NCBI GenBank assembly: GCA_900546715.1 | Contig: UREA01000005.1 | Location: 5,032-69,031, forward strand | Reading direction: 5' to 3' | From: an uncultured Mycoplasmatota bacterium | GTDB lineage: Bacteria; Bacillota_I; Bacilli_A; RF39; UBA660 | DNA length: 64,000 bases | Shown: positions 27,863-38,239 of the stretch, piece by piece | How the letters are laid out: every line of letters starts with the position of its first letter | Position numbering within the stretch: position 1 is the stretch's first letter | Made by a program: the position numbers and the translations under genes | Notes under the pieces: generated by a model | What the model saw: only the letters and a program-made list of their open reading frames with translations | What the model was told of the DNA's origin: nothing | Database searches by the model: none

Positions 27863-28305
27863 CCTCCTTCATCAGCTTGTGCCCAAGTCAATCCTAATTT
27901 ATCAATATCAGCAAATATTTTGCTTAATGCCGTTACTTCATCGAAAGTATATGCCTGAGCAATTTCCCCGCCAGTTACTTGAAACCAAACATCTCCTGTT
28001 TTTATGTCTGCAGGAGGCTCAGTGCTTACCTTTATAATATCAGGCTTATCTTGAGGTTTAACAGTTTCTTCTACTGCAACTATTTTAGTAGTAATACTGT
28101 TTATTGTTTCCGCAACCATTTTCTTTGTATCAAATTGTGCATTTTGTAATTGATTCAAAGCATTTGAATACTGAAAACGGTCCCAACTATTCTTAAATTT
28201 TTGCCATATTTCTCTATCATTCTTATGAATATCTTGGCTTCTTTCTGAATATTTCATATACAAATTATCCCTTTTTACGTAACTTCTCCAGTTATTTGAA
28301 ACCAA
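27856..28305 (-). CDS. hypothetical baseplate/fibre-associated protein (paralog of 28275-28595)
   Basis: Carries the motif GDVWFQVTGGE; the neighbouring gene has GDFWFQITGE. Confidence 0.3.
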   Translation of the reverse strand: MVSNNWRSYVKRDNLYMKYSERSQDIHKNDREIWQKFKNSWDRFQYSNALNQLQNAQFDTKKMVAETINSITTKIVAVEETVKPQDKPDIIKVSTEPPADIKTGDVWFQVTGGEIAQAYTFDEVTALSKIFADIDKLGLTWAQADEGGW

Positions 28306-28595
28306 AAATCACCAGGTTGTAATCCCTCCGGCTCTTCTTGAGATACTACATATCCAATCGTATACCAATTCAAAGTATATTCTTGAATAGCATTTAAAGT
28401 ATCATTCATTGTATTAAAATAATCAGCAGTAATTATTTTTTTCTGATGATCGGGAATTTGCTCCAAAAACTCATTTGCCGCTGCTATATCTCCACGACTC
28501 ATGGCAGATTGATATTGTTGAATCATCTCTCCATCTTCGGCCGTTATATTTTGTAATGTTTCAAAAGTTTGTATTTCATCAGGAAAGACAGTCAT
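28275..28595 (-). CDS. hypothetical baseplate/fibre-associated protein
   Basis: ORF track. C-terminal motif PGDFWFQITGEV. Confidence 0.3.
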   Translation of the reverse strand: MTVFPDEIQTFETLQNITAEDGEMIQQYQSAMSRGDIAAANEFLEQIPDHQKKIITADYFNTMNDTLNAIQEYTLNWYTIGYVVSQEEPEGLQPGDFWFQITGEVT

Positions 28596-28610
28596 ATTTT
28601 CACTTCCTTT

Positions 28611-30308
28611 TTAAGATAAATCGAGAGTATATGTGCCTGGTTTATCAACAATAATTTGACGATAAGCCCACAATCCGCTTTGATTTAAATAACGAACATA
28701 ATAATTTCCCGCACTTGGTAATTGTAAATTCAATTTATAATTTATAGTAGTACCGGAAGCAATCAACGCCTCTCCTGAATCTAAAACTTGTATAGGTGTT
28801 TTTTCATATATTGTCGTTATATCTAAATAAATATACTGATTACTATTAGAAGTTGTATAATATGGATAAAATGTAATAGCATTAATATTCATGGATACAG
28901 AATCAGAATAAGTAACAGAAAAAGATTTTATTATATATTTTTTTAATTCTTGCCCTCTCGCTGAATGGGTAAATAAAATATTAACATCTAACCAAGGAAT
29001 AGGCAAAGTAGATAAAGTAATACTATCATTTAGTCTTGTTGCCCAATAAAGCTCTATATTTGCTCTTTGCAAAGCTAAATCATCATTTATGATATTATCA
29101 TATTCTCCACCATAACACACTTTGCGAATTTCACCAATAGACCCATACACATAAAAAGGACTATTCACATTCAAATCTTTAGCAATAGCATATACTTGGT
29201 CATGTCCCAACAAAATATACGGAGGCTCTTCATACCTAAATTGAATTACATAATACTCTCCTTCAGAAAGCGACCTAATAATAGTACCGTTAGGATCAGC
29301 TAAAGATTTAGGCTGTGATCCATCTGCATTCATAGATACAAATTCAAAATTTCCAGAACCAGAAGGAGCGATAAATCCCAATGTCTCATTATAATCATAA
29401 GCCTCTGGTCCAGCAGAGTTGGGCAATGTTAAAACATTAACATTAGCACCTTCATATCTAATACTCTTTATCTCAGGAGTTTCACAATAATAATCTACTT
29501 CGTTAGTTCTTCCATAAACTTCTATAACATTTTTCACTGATTCAAAATCTGTATTTACATCTTCACCAATCAATACATCTTGCAAAATTGAATCAGTCAT
29601 TGTTATCGGTTCATCTTCATCAGCGGGAATAGGTTCATAATGAAATATACCATCTATATCAAAATAAACTTGATAATTAGGAAGAATATCTCTAAGTTCT
29701 TCCAATAAATTATACAAAGTCCCGCCCCTATCTATTTGTATATCATAAGGAACTTCTTGAATTACACCATCAACATTCTTACACTCTTCTACAACATATT
29801 GCTCAAATCCTGCTAATTTAATAGTTGCAATAATAGCATCTCTTACGTTGCTACCTTCTGGAATAAGAGTAGGAACACCAGGTAAATATCCATTCCTTAA
29901 TCCAGTCATTTTTGCCATTAAATCTAATCCCTGCAATGACAAAGAATTGGTAGTAGCATCATAAGTCCATGAAGGAGCATTAACCATAAATATACCTTGA
30001 TTATACCATTGTATCTCTCCAGTGAGTATATTATTATATCCAACTAATATCTTTATATATTTATCTAACCAAACATTGCTTCCTGGTTCTGCATTGAATT
30101 TATCATCTACTGCAATTAATGTTAAATTACAACTTCTTCTTAAATCACTATCTGCATCAACATCTATTGATAAATCCATTAAACTTCCACTTATCTCATC
30201 GTCCACTTTATATTGTCCAGATTCAAGAGATAAAATTTGAATTTTAAGATATAATGCAGTATTTTTCTGTTTTAATATTTGTAAATCTGCTTGACTAAGA
30301 CTTATCAT
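28611..30308 (-). CDS. tail/baseplate structural protein (Tal-like by position)
   Basis: 565 aa, fourth gene downstream of the tape measure. No catalytic motif recognised. Confidence 0.35.
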   Translation of the reverse strand: MISLSQADLQILKQKNTALYLKIQILSLESGQYKVDDEISGSLMDLSIDVDADSDLRRSCNLTLIAVDDKFNAEPGSNVWLDKYIKILVGYNNILTGEIQWYNQGIFMVNAPSWTYDATTNSLSLQGLDLMAKMTGLRNGYLPGVPTLIPEGSNVRDAIIATIKLAGFEQYVVEECKNVDGVIQEVPYDIQIDRGGTLYNLLEELRDILPNYQVYFDIDGIFHYEPIPADEDEPITMTDSILQDVLIGEDVNTDFESVKNVIEVYGRTNEVDYYCETPEIKSIRYEGANVNVLTLPNSAGPEAYDYNETLGFIAPSGSGNFEFVSMNADGSQPKSLADPNGTIIRSLSEGEYYVIQFRYEEPPYILLGHDQVYAIAKDLNVNSPFYVYGSIGEIRKVCYGGEYDNIINDDLALQRANIELYWATRLNDSITLSTLPIPWLDVNILFTHSARGQELKKYIIKSFSVTYSDSVSMNINAITFYPYYTTSNSNQYIYLDITTIYEKTPIQVLDSGEALIASGTTINYKLNLQLPSAGNYYVRYLNQSGLWAYRQIIVDKPGTYTLDLS

Positions 30309-30309
30309 A

Positions 30310-31227
30310 TTAATACTCCAAAGGAATCATTCCATTATTATATAAATCATCTCTATTGTTTGGCGCTCCTATTTCCGTCCAAGATGAAGTCACAGTAGTT
30401 ATTCCCATGCCATAACTTGCATTATAATCAACAGAAGGAGAATCAACAATAATAGTAAGCCAAGAATTTCCATTCCAATCTTTAATAACTTTTGGTTTTT
30501 TATTAGTCAAAAATTGTAATATCCTGTTAGTTTTAGTAACAATTTCTCGACGATTTATTATGCCATTCTTTTCAAAACCATCAGGAAATATATTTCCTGT
30601 AATACCACCTGTTTGATAATTAGGAGTCCCATTATAAATAATCGTTGGATATTTTTTCCCAAAGACTTGATAAACTCCTACTTGTTGATTTTGCATTGTA
30701 GTAGAATAACTGACACCATTATAAAATTTAATAATACTATCTACATCACAAACAAAAACTCCTCTAAAATTAACAAGAATTTCATTTGTAATATATTCCA
30801 TTTCATGTCCAAAAGTATCAACAGGAACAAGAGCATATTCATAAATAGTATTATTTTCTGAAACTAAATTATCATAAAAATGAAAATTATATTCTCCTCT
30901 GCGGTTTAACTGAAAATCTTGAATAGTAATCCAATCAAAATCGCCCTTAACTCTTCTCTTAAACCGAACTCCATCAGCAAATGAAATCTGACCTAACGAA
31001 CTTCCTGCATCTAAAGTCCCATCAAAATGAGCATCCATAATAGTATCTATTCCCCATCCATCAGGAGGGACATTAGTGTAATTAATATTTGTATTTTTAG
31101 AAACTATTAAACGATCATATATACCGCCTTTTATTTTTACAGTAGTAAATACATCGCCTTGACTAAAAGGAAGAGGATCAACCGAATTTCCATCTGAATA
31201 AAAATTATATCCTAAAAGTCCTATCAT
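30310..31227 (-). CDS. tail/baseplate structural protein
   Basis: Position downstream of the tape measure. Confidence 0.3.
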   Translation of the reverse strand: MIGLLGYNFYSDGNSVDPLPFSQGDVFTTVKIKGGIYDRLIVSKNTNINYTNVPPDGWGIDTIMDAHFDGTLDAGSSLGQISFADGVRFKRRVKGDFDWITIQDFQLNRRGEYNFHFYDNLVSENNTIYEYALVPVDTFGHEMEYITNEILVNFRGVFVCDVDSIIKFYNGVSYSTTMQNQQVGVYQVFGKKYPTIIYNGTPNYQTGGITGNIFPDGFEKNGIINRREIVTKTNRILQFLTNKKPKVIKDWNGNSWLTIIVDSPSVDYNASYGMGITTVTSSWTEIGAPNNRDDLYNNGMIPLEY

Positions 31228-32414
31228 GTCTGTTCCCCTAAATTCTCTATAATTAATTCAAATAAATTATCTACGTATTTGACCCATAAAAATAACTGAT
31301 CTTTATCTTTAGGAATAGGTATTGCGTCACTAAAAACAACATGCACATCTTTAATTGATGTTAAATCAGGATGATTGTCGGCATGTAATTCAAACCAGGC
31401 TAAATTTTCTTCCTTGTCCTCATTATAAAAAATACCAACTTGTTTTATTTCATTTTCCAACATTATATTATAAACATTAGGTATACCCCCACCAATAGTT
31501 TCATAAGTATCAAAATCTCTTCCCCATACTCTTAAAACATATCCATCAGGAATAACAATATTTTTATCCCAAGTTACAGAAGGGGTCTTTTTATTCTTTG
31601 TTCTTAGATCAGCTTCCTTATTATCAATATACTCAATGTCTCCCTCACCTGTACCAGGTAAAGAACTTAAATTTACAGTTATTTCCACTCTTCCTTCATC
31701 ACATAAATTATTTAGTTGAAGAGCATCGCTTCCTACTCCAGATTCTATATAATAAACACTAAAATCAAAAACATTCGGATAGGTGTCTATAAAATCATGT
31801 TCCGTTACTATATCTACGTCAATATGATATCTACTGCCATTTTGAAAACCAGTAAAAACATGACTAAAAGTATATTTTCCGCTATTTTCTTCATAAGAAT
31901 ATGACACCGTTTTAACGCCAGTTGAAGACACCATTACATCATTTTCATCATACATTTTTATATTATATGATTTTAGTAACTCCTTGCTTCCAACGCCGGG
32001 GCTATAATTAAATATAAAATTATAACTTGCCCAACTAAGGCTTGCAATATAATTAGCACCTAAAACCGTAGGAGTGGATATTGCCCAAAATACTATAGTA
32101 TTAGAAACTGATGATGTACCATCATCATTATATGTCGTTAAAAAAGCCCGATATTGTTTTTCATTGGAAATAGAATTAATAGGCATACTATGTTCATATA
32201 TCCCGTCACCTTTATACCAAGGATATAATTTTGAAGTTCCCTGATAGACATAATTATCGCCAGAACTGGATATATCTTGCACATACAATTTACTTCCTTC
32301 CGGCTCATCTCCCCCAGCTATTGAAAAGCGGAAGGGTATTGAATTGCCAAAAGGAGTACCAGTCAAAGCGTTAAAAGTAGGTTGAGACAATAAATTAGGC
32401 GTTGCTAAAGACAT
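31224..32414 (-). CDS. tail/baseplate structural protein (distal-tail-like by position)
   Basis: Position downstream of the tape measure. Confidence 0.3.
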   Translation of the reverse strand: MSLATPNLLSQPTFNALTGTPFGNSIPFRFSIAGGDEPEGSKLYVQDISSSGDNYVYQGTSKLYPWYKGDGIYEHSMPINSISNEKQYRAFLTTYNDDGTSSVSNTIVFWAISTPTVLGANYIASLSWASYNFIFNYSPGVGSKELLKSYNIKMYDENDVMVSSTGVKTVSYSYEENSGKYTFSHVFTGFQNGSRYHIDVDIVTEHDFIDTYPNVFDFSVYYIESGVGSDALQLNNLCDEGRVEITVNLSSLPGTGEGDIEYIDNKEADLRTKNKKTPSVTWDKNIVIPDGYVLRVWGRDFDTYETIGGGIPNVYNIMLENEIKQVGIFYNEDKEENLAWFELHADNHPDLTSIKDVHVVFSDAIPIPKDKDQLFLWVKYVDNLFELIIENLGEQT

Positions 32415-32429
32415 GAAACCACCTCCTTA

Positions 32430-32684
32430 TCATTTAGGTGCTAAAATAAAACCCTGACTCATTTGCCCTTGAGGTATAAATACTTTGACAGTTTGATTTA
32501 CAACTAAATCTCCTATGTTTCCTCCATACACGGGCAATTTATAAGTTTTATCTTTTACTTTTACTTTCTTTTCTCCATCTTCTAATACTACTAATCCAGT
32601 ATATATTTGAGTTGTATTTTTTCTTACTTTAGCATCAATTAATACTTCAATAGCATCTATAAAAATTTTATTGAGATTAACCAT
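32430..32684 (-). CDS. hypothetical small tail protein
   Basis: ORF track with RBS aggagg. Confidence 0.3.
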   Translation of the reverse strand: MVNLNKIFIDAIEVLIDAKVRKNTTQIYTGLVVLEDGEKKVKVKDKTYKLPVYGGNIGDLVVNQTVKVFIPQGQMSQGFILAPK

Positions 32685-32693
32685 ATACTCCCC

Positions 32694-32730
32694 TTAAAAA
32701 TATAAGAGGGGAAGTTATCCCCTCTTATAT
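32694..32730 (-). terminator. hairpin overlapping the tape measure stop codon
   Basis: Stem ataagagggg/cccctcttat, followed on the - strand by atattttt. Confidence 0.45.
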
Positions 32731-35700
32731 GCTGTCTGATAAGCAAAATTAACTAAAGATTGAACAAATTCTTGAACGTCATTTTTATTCTTAATACTTG
32801 GGAAAGATAAATCTACATTACTCATATTAAGCTGGAATCCTTTGTCTTCTGTCGGTAAATTGCTTAAAAGATCAATAGGATTCATTTTGCCCCAATCCCA
32901 TAAATTCTTTGTGACATCAGAAGGGAGAATACTATCCCCAGTATTTAATAACCTAAGTTCAGGCCCTTCTTCTCCCACAAGAGACATACCGCCTTTAGAA
33001 GACAAAGTGCCCTTAGCATTCTTTTCAACTAATTTGCTCCAAAGACCATTAATTGGATTATATTTAGCACCAGGAGTATATGGATGTACAATCTCATAAT
33101 CTCCTCCGGCTGTATGAATAATATCACCAATAGTAGCACCTTCTGGAGCATTACCGCCTGGAGCTACATCTAAATGTTTCCCGCCACCAACATATTCACT
33201 TTGATAGCTACCATCTTCATTAACTCCTGTAATTCTATAATTACCACCAGCAGTTGAAACTATTGTGCCAACAGGTAATCCCTTAGTTTGTGTTTTACCA
33301 TCCTTAATATCAACATCTATAACACCGACACCAGGAACCCAAGCAGTACCCGGAGTCCCTCTTCCACCTTCGGCATTTGGACCAGATACTACTGTATTTT
33401 TATCTTGCCCTGTTTGCCAATTTTCGTTTTCGAGTTGTTGCATGAGTTGAATATATCGGTCAACATAATCCTGTAAATTACCAAGACGTTTTTCCCAATT
33501 ATCTCCCTCAAGTTTAATACCTAATATTTGTTCGGCTAATAAACGATCTTGAAGATCATTGACTTCGTCAATAGCACTACCATATTCATCAACATAATCC
33601 TGCCAATATTTAATTTTTTCTTCAAGAATTTTTAACTCTTCGTCTCTATTTTTCTCTAACTGCTCTATTTGCTCTTCGAGAGCCTTTTCAGCCTTATATC
33701 TATCCAGCTCTTTTTGCGCTTCAGAAATAGCGTCTGTATCTTGTATATATTGAAACCGTCCATCTTTATATACATACAATTTTTGAGTACGAGCTTTTGC
33801 TAAGGCATCCAACTTTTCTTGAAGCTCTATCTGCTCATTAGTTTCTTCATTTTGCTTCTCTAATTTTTCTATCTCAGCATCATATTTATCATTAATAGCA
33901 TCTTTTTGCTCTTCGAGTTTGTCTATTTCTCTTTGAGCTAATTCAGCTACATAATTTAAGGCTTTTTCAATATTATCAGCTTCAGTTTCCCACGCATCAC
34001 GTTCAGCCTCTATATAATTATCGAGCGCATCTTCTCGTTGTTCAAGATAATACTCATAATCAATTAAGCCTTGTTCATACCAATCGTCCATCCATTCCAT
34101 GACGCGACGCCAAGCATCAATTTCATTATCAGCGCCCCAATCATTGAAATAATTACGATCTTCTATATAATCTTCTGAGCGTTTTAATCGTTTATCAAAG
34201 GCATCCTGTTGGAGTTTAAGAATATCTTCTTCATACCCCCACCACTCTTTCTGAAGTTCCATTATATACTCAGACTCATCGTCAAGTCCTTGTTTTCTAT
34301 AACTTTCAGCTTCATCATGAGCTTTCTTTTGCATTTGACGTAAATGAGCTATCTGTTCTTGTTCAGTAGCACCATTCTTTTCCATTAAATACAATTTATG
34401 ATCTAATATATCCATCTGTTCTTTATACAGATCATTTTGTTCTTTAATGGCATCATTTTCATCCTTTATTGCTTTGGTAGAAGATTTAGCAGTAGATGTC
34501 TTTTTCTTGGAAGCAGAAGATGAAGAGGAAGAAGAAGGTTTTTTAGAAGATGGCGGTTTCGAGGTAGAAGGTTTTGACCCAGAAGGTTTTTTATCTCCCC
34601 ATAAATTTCCAACAGTGTCTGAAACATCTATTATAGATTGTCTTCCTGTACCTTGAGCATATCCACCTTTTACATCTTCTTTTTCTACTTTATGCCCAAC
34701 ATTCCTACTAATGTCTTTATTAGAAGTAACAACCGCTCCTTTGGGTAAAGTAACTATTTCAGGACCTTGTTCTCCTACCCAATATTGCCCGGCTCTATTT
34801 ACTTTACCTCCCTGAGCTTTGCCGCCGCCAAGATCAGGAATAATATAACCTAAAACTTTCTGAGCACCGGAACCAATTTGTGAAATAATTCCCTTCAAAC
34901 TATTCCAAATTGAACTGACTCTATTATAACAATTTTGAGCAGCAGAAATTAAACCGCTGAATGCGCCCTGAGATGCACTTGTATCTACTGGATTATTTGT
35001 AACCTCTTGTTGAGCATCTTTTACTCCTTCAACAGGTCCAGCAGCATCTTCAGCCGCAGACTTTTCTTCATTTAATTCGGTCTGACTTGCATCTGTATTA
35101 GCCGGATTTTCAGTCACTCTCTTTTGAGCAGTGGCAACTAATTCTAATGCTCTTGCATCGGCATCTGCTACTCCCTTACTCTCTAAGAAAGAAGCAATCA
35201 TGTCAACATTCGCATTAGCCAGTCCTTCAACGCCTAATTGAGCCTCTAACATCGTATAAGCTAAATTAGTGACTTGTTCTTGAAATTCCTCAAAAGTGGT
35301 AGAACCAGATACAAGCCCCTCAAGAATTTCATCCCAACCTTCCAATCCACTAAATGCTTCATTTAACTGCATAATAGACTCAAAACTTAACTGTCCATTT
35401 TCAGCAAATTCAGCTACAGATTGAGAAAGTATGTCAAAATATCCGCCTACATCTCCTAAACCACTTAATTGCCCTGATAAAGAATTTATGCTTTCTGCCG
35501 CCGCCTCAATAGTTGTTCCAAAATGATCCTGAAAGAAATCAAGAACACTAATGGTTTCTCCATTTAGTACCATTACAGCATTCTTTAATCGTTTTGGAAG
35601 CTCTCCTGTCTTTGCATATAACTGAGTCATTGTATCCCAATATTCAGTTAATACGCCCTCTTGCTCTAAAAGGTCATCATTAGCTTCAGCTATTTGCTTA

Positions 35701-36884
35701 AAATCGCCAGTACTTAAAGCCTCATCGACTGCTTTTTGATAATTATTCCACTGAGTAATTGCTTTTTCGATATATAGCTCAGTGTCCATCATTTCTCCAG
35801 TAATAGTAGCACGAGTTTTTTGTCCTGATGCTATTCTATCACCGATCGGAGAAGCAGTTAAAATAGCTTCTAATTTTTCAGTCTCAAGAGACGCTATATT
35901 GTTCTTCATCTGTTTTAATTGCTCATTATAAGCTGCTAAAACAGATGCACTTGCACCGCTACCCTCTAATTCTGCTATTTTCTGTTCAAGTTCGGAAACA
36001 GCTTCTGTTGTTTCATCAATCTCATCTTGAATAACATGCTCGGCAGTAGCTTCTTCCATAGATTTCTTTGCAGCAAATCCAATGGAAATAAGCGCACTAA
36101 CTAACATCGCAATAGGTCCAGCAAAAGTCCCTATTTTGCTTAATGCCCCAGATAGTTTACCAACAGAACCAGACGCTTTACCAGCGGCAGAAGCAATACC
36201 ACTTATAGCATCACCAGTAGCAGAAGCAGCGGAAGCAGCTTTGCCCACATCCCCCATAGTGGAAAACAATTTACCCATATTAACAAATTTAGCTCCCACT
36301 TTCCCGGCAATAGCTAAGAAACCTGTGAGAACTCCGCTTAATAAAGTAAATTGTGTTACTGCTACGCCAACATCTGTTGATAATAACTCTAACCCAGTGT
36401 TAGCTAAATCTAATATTCCTTTAACCAAATCACTATCTATAACAGAAGTAGATAGTTCTTGGAAAGTATTTTTAAGGTTGCCAACTTTTGCCTCTAAGCT
36501 ATCCATATAAGCGGCATTTTCTCTTGTGGCAGAACCTGCAGAATCCATTGCAGTTGCCGTTGCACTTATAGCAGATTCAAAGTTGGTCATAACAGAAGTT
36601 AATACGTTAAATTGGTTTTTACCAGCAAGAGCCTCACCAATAGCAGCTTGTTCTACACTGGCTAATTCATCCCAAGCAACCGATTGACCTTCTACACCTT
36701 CATAAAGTTCTTTTAAAACTTCATATGTTGATTTCATTTCTCCCTGAGAATCTCTCAGAGAAATATTAACTTTGCCATTAGCAGCTACATATTTATCTGT
36801 TTCAGCCGCTAATGCTGCTATGTTCAACCCTATTGTTCGTAGACCATTGCCCACCTTACTTGGCTGGCCTACAAGGATTTCAGT
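32715..36884 (-). CDS. tail tape measure protein, exon 5
   Basis: The frame is open upstream of the track start back to 36884. It begins TEILVGQPSKVGNGLRTIGLNI, the conserved TMP core motif. Long coiled coils, hydrophobic segments and two VGE.GPE motifs follow. Confidence 0.85.
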   Translation of the reverse strand, partial: TEILVGQPSKVGNGLRTIGLNIAALAAETDKYVAANGKVNISLRDSQGEMKSTYEVLKELYEGVEGQSVAWDELASVEQAAIGEALAGKNQFNVLTSVMTNFESAISATATAMDSAGSATRENAAYMDSLEAKVGNLKNTFQELSTSVIDSDLVKGILDLANTGLELLSTDVGVAVTQFTLLSGVLTGFLAIAGKVGAKFVNMGKLFSTMGDVGKAASAASATGDAISGIASAAGKASGSVGKLSGALSKIGTFAGPIAMLVSALISIGFAAKKSMEEATAEHVIQDEIDETTEAVSELEQKIAELEGSGASASVLAAYNEQLKQMKNNIASLETEKLEAILTASPIGDRIASGQKTRATITGEMMDTELYIEKAITQWNNYQKAVDEALSTGDFKQIAEANDDLLEQEGVLTEYWDTMTQLYAKTGELPKRLKNAVMVLNGETISVLDFFQDHFGTTIEAAAESINSLSGQLSGLGDVGGYFDILSQSVAEFAENGQLSFESIMQLNEAFSGLEGWDEILEGLVSGSTTFEEFQEQVTNLAYTMLEAQLGVEGLANANVDMIASFLESKGVADADARALELVATAQKRVTENPANTDASQTELNEEKSAAEDAAGPVEGVKDAQQEVTNNPVDTSASQGAFSGLISAAQNCYNRVSSIWNSLKGIISQIGSGAQKVLGYIIPDLGGGKAQGGKVNRAGQYWVGEQGPEIVTLPKGAVVTSNKDISRNVGHKVEKEDVKGGYAQGTGRQSIIDVSDTVGNLWGDKKPSGSKPSTSKPPSSKKPSSSSSSSASKKKTSTAKSSTKAIKDENDAIKEQNDLYKEQMDILDHKLYLMEKNGATEQEQIAHLRQMQKKAHDEAESYRKQGLDDESEYIMELQKEWWGYEEDILKLQQDAFDKRLKRSEDYIEDRNYFNDWGADNEIDAWRRVMEWMDDWYEQGLIDYEYYLEQREDALDNYIEAERDAWETEADNIEKALNYVAELAQREIDKLEEQKDAINDKYDAEIEKLEKQNEETNEQIELQEKLDALAKARTQKLYVYKDGRFQYIQDTDAISEAQKELDRYKAEKALEEQIEQLEKNRDEELKILEEKIKYWQDYVDEYGSAIDEVNDLQDRLLAEQILGIKLEGDNWEKRLGNLQDYVDRYIQLMQQLENENWQTGQDKNTVVSGPNAEGGRGTPGTAWVPGVGVIDVDIKDGKTQTKGLPVGTIVSTAGGNYRITGVNEDGSYQSEYVGGGKHLDVAPGGNAPEGATIGDIIHTAGGDYEIVHPYTPGAKYNPINGLWSKLVEKNAKGTLSSKGGMSLVGEEGPELRLLNTGDSILPSDVTKNLWDWGKMNPIDLLSNLPTEDKGFQLNMSNVDLSFPSIKNKNDVQEFVQSLVNFAYQTAYKRG

Positions 36885-37253
36885 CTTTTATGTTTAGAAT
36901 TTTTTGTTTAAATGAATTGTTCTAATTCCTTTTATATTTCTATAAAAAATAGACCATATCTTAATATATAATATTTTATATATTTAGGGCGCTTAGGCTT
37001 TCGCCTACACTACTCACTTCGTTTGTTAATACAACTTATTCTCTATTAAGAGTTACATTTATTATTTGCTTTCGTTGGCCGTTGAAGGTTATACTATATT
37101 TCAATAGTATCTTCCCTGCGGATTGTCTACATATTTTTATTCTTATTACTATACCTTTGGCATTACCCTAAGCCCTTATAATATCACTATTATAAGTTAG
37201 TAAATAAAACTTTAAGATATCCCCGCAATTCACCCTATACTGGCAAGAAATCC
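36885..37253 (-). mobile_element. group I intron, ORF-less (TMP intron 4)
   Basis: Follows exon U37254 and ends at G36885. Guide gccagt (37244-37239) pairs with exon gctggt, with G.U pairs. P7 3' strand is aagatatggtc (+ strand gaccatatctt, 36952-36962). Paralog of TMP intron 3. Confidence 0.8.
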
Positions 37254-37389
37254 ACCAGCCGTAACCAAACCTATCGTCTCTTCAAATGTATTCCCTGTTG
37301 TTCCTAATGCTGTACCAGCTTTTATAAGAGCAGTAGATAAATCATTAGTACCAACAGCAAAATTATTGGCTGTCTCATTGCTATATTAA
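37254..37389 (-). CDS. tail tape measure protein, exon 4
   Basis: Encodes (V)NETANNFAVGTNDLSTALIKAGTALGTTGNTFEETIGLVTAG, a canonical TP901-type TMP core. It has no start codon of its own. Confidence 0.8.
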
Positions 37390-37724
37390 AATAAATTTTT
37401 ATTATTTGTTTAATATTCGACTATATCTTTATATTTAACTAAATATATCAGGGCGCTTGGGCTTTCGCCTACTCTACTCACTTCGTCTATTAAAATAGCT
37501 TATTCTCTATTAAGAGTTACATTTATCATTTGCTTTCGATAGTCTGTGAAGATTCATCTTTGTTTCAAAAGATGCTTTCCTGCGGATTGTTTATTATTAT
37601 ATCCTTTTTCCTTATTACTATTCCTTTGACATTACTCTCAGCCCTTATAATATCACTATTATAAGTTAGTAGAAAAAGACATTAAAATATTCCCGCAATT
37701 CACCCTAAAACGGCCTTTATTAAA
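37390..37724 (-). mobile_element. group I intron, ORF-less (TMP intron 3)
   Basis: Follows exon U37725 and ends at G37390. Guide gccgt (37714-37710) pairs with exon gcggt. P7 3' strand is aagatatagtc (+ strand gactatatctt, 37428-37438). Confidence 0.8.
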
Positions 37725-37924
37725 ACCGCATCAATAATATGCTCGGAATTTTCAGCCTCTATATTAAAGGCTTTCATTTGAGAGATCAAAAATCGTGCTG
37801 CGTCAGCACTTGATACTTGAGTATCAGCTATATTTGTATATTTAACCGCTATTTCTGCTAATAAAGCAGAATCACTATCATCAAAAGAGTTTTTTCTGAA
37901 TTCAGTGGCAGCTTGTAACATTTC
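37725..37924 (-). CDS. tail tape measure protein, exon 3
   Basis: Encodes EMLQAATEFRKNSFDDSDSALLAEIAVKYTNIADTQVSSADAARFLISQMKAFNIEAENSEHIIDA(V). The exon may begin 3 nt earlier, at 37927. Confidence 0.75.
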
Positions 37925-37930
37925 CGACAG

Positions 37931-38188
37931 TTAATCATCTATTGGACCATATTCTTCCATTTGTTCATTTTGCTCTCGATTATCTTCTTCAATCATTGAT
38001 TCAATAACTCCTTCATCTGTTTTCTCCTTTGAAAAAATAGCACAAAAAATCCCTGTTATTCCTACCATAATAAATGGTAAACAAACTACAATTTTTGGCA
38101 ATTCAGAAGGTCCAGCATAAAGAATAGCTAAAAGAATAAACCAAGCAATTATTAAAACAAAAACAAACAAACACACCATGACTCCCAT
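37931..38188 (-). CDS. intron-encoded small membrane protein (two TM helices plus an acidic tail)
   Basis: RBS aaggaga and ATG at 38188. Sequence VCLFVFVLIIAWFILLAILYA and IVVCLPFIMVGITGIFCAIF, then EEDNREQNEQMEEYGPIDD. The stop lies 3-6 nt before the 3' splice site. Confidence 0.5.
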   Translation of the reverse strand: MGVMVCLFVFVLIIAWFILLAILYAGPSELPKIVVCLPFIMVGITGIFCAIFSKEKTDEGVIESMIEEDNREQNEQMEEYGPIDD

Positions 38189-38209
38189 CTCCTTTTTAAT
38201 TCTATTATA

Positions 38210-38239
38210 ATTTTATCACTCATAAAATTAAAAAGTCAA
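38210..38239 (-). promoter_or_regulatory. sigma70-like promoter inside TMP intron 2
   Basis: On the - strand: ttgact (38239-38234), 18 nt, then extended -10 TGaTAAAAT (38218-38210). Confidence 0.45.

Noticed and set aside
16825-28600. Diversity-generating retroelement acting on the tail-fibre genes
   Set aside because: No reverse transcriptase ORF is present, and I found no template/variable repeat pair with adenine-specific differences. The repeats present are ordinary paralogy.
32842-36510. Several + strand ORFs inside the tape measure gene (32842-33099, 33265-33476, 34447-34656, 36082-36510), and similar antisense ORFs elsewhere (781-1080, 6982-7179, 21858-22142, 26653-26910, 43382-43654, 49739-50316, 61860-62093 and others)
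   Set aside because: These are antisense or off-frame shadows of long, well-supported genes. They have no RBS and show repetitive or low-complexity translations.
37931-38188. The 85-aa hydrophobic ORF as an additional tape measure exon (TMPs often have TM-like segments)
   Set aside because: It has its own promoter, RBS and ATG and ends in TAA. Exons 2 and 3 join directly into the conserved ..GRTG|EMLQAATEF.. core without it.
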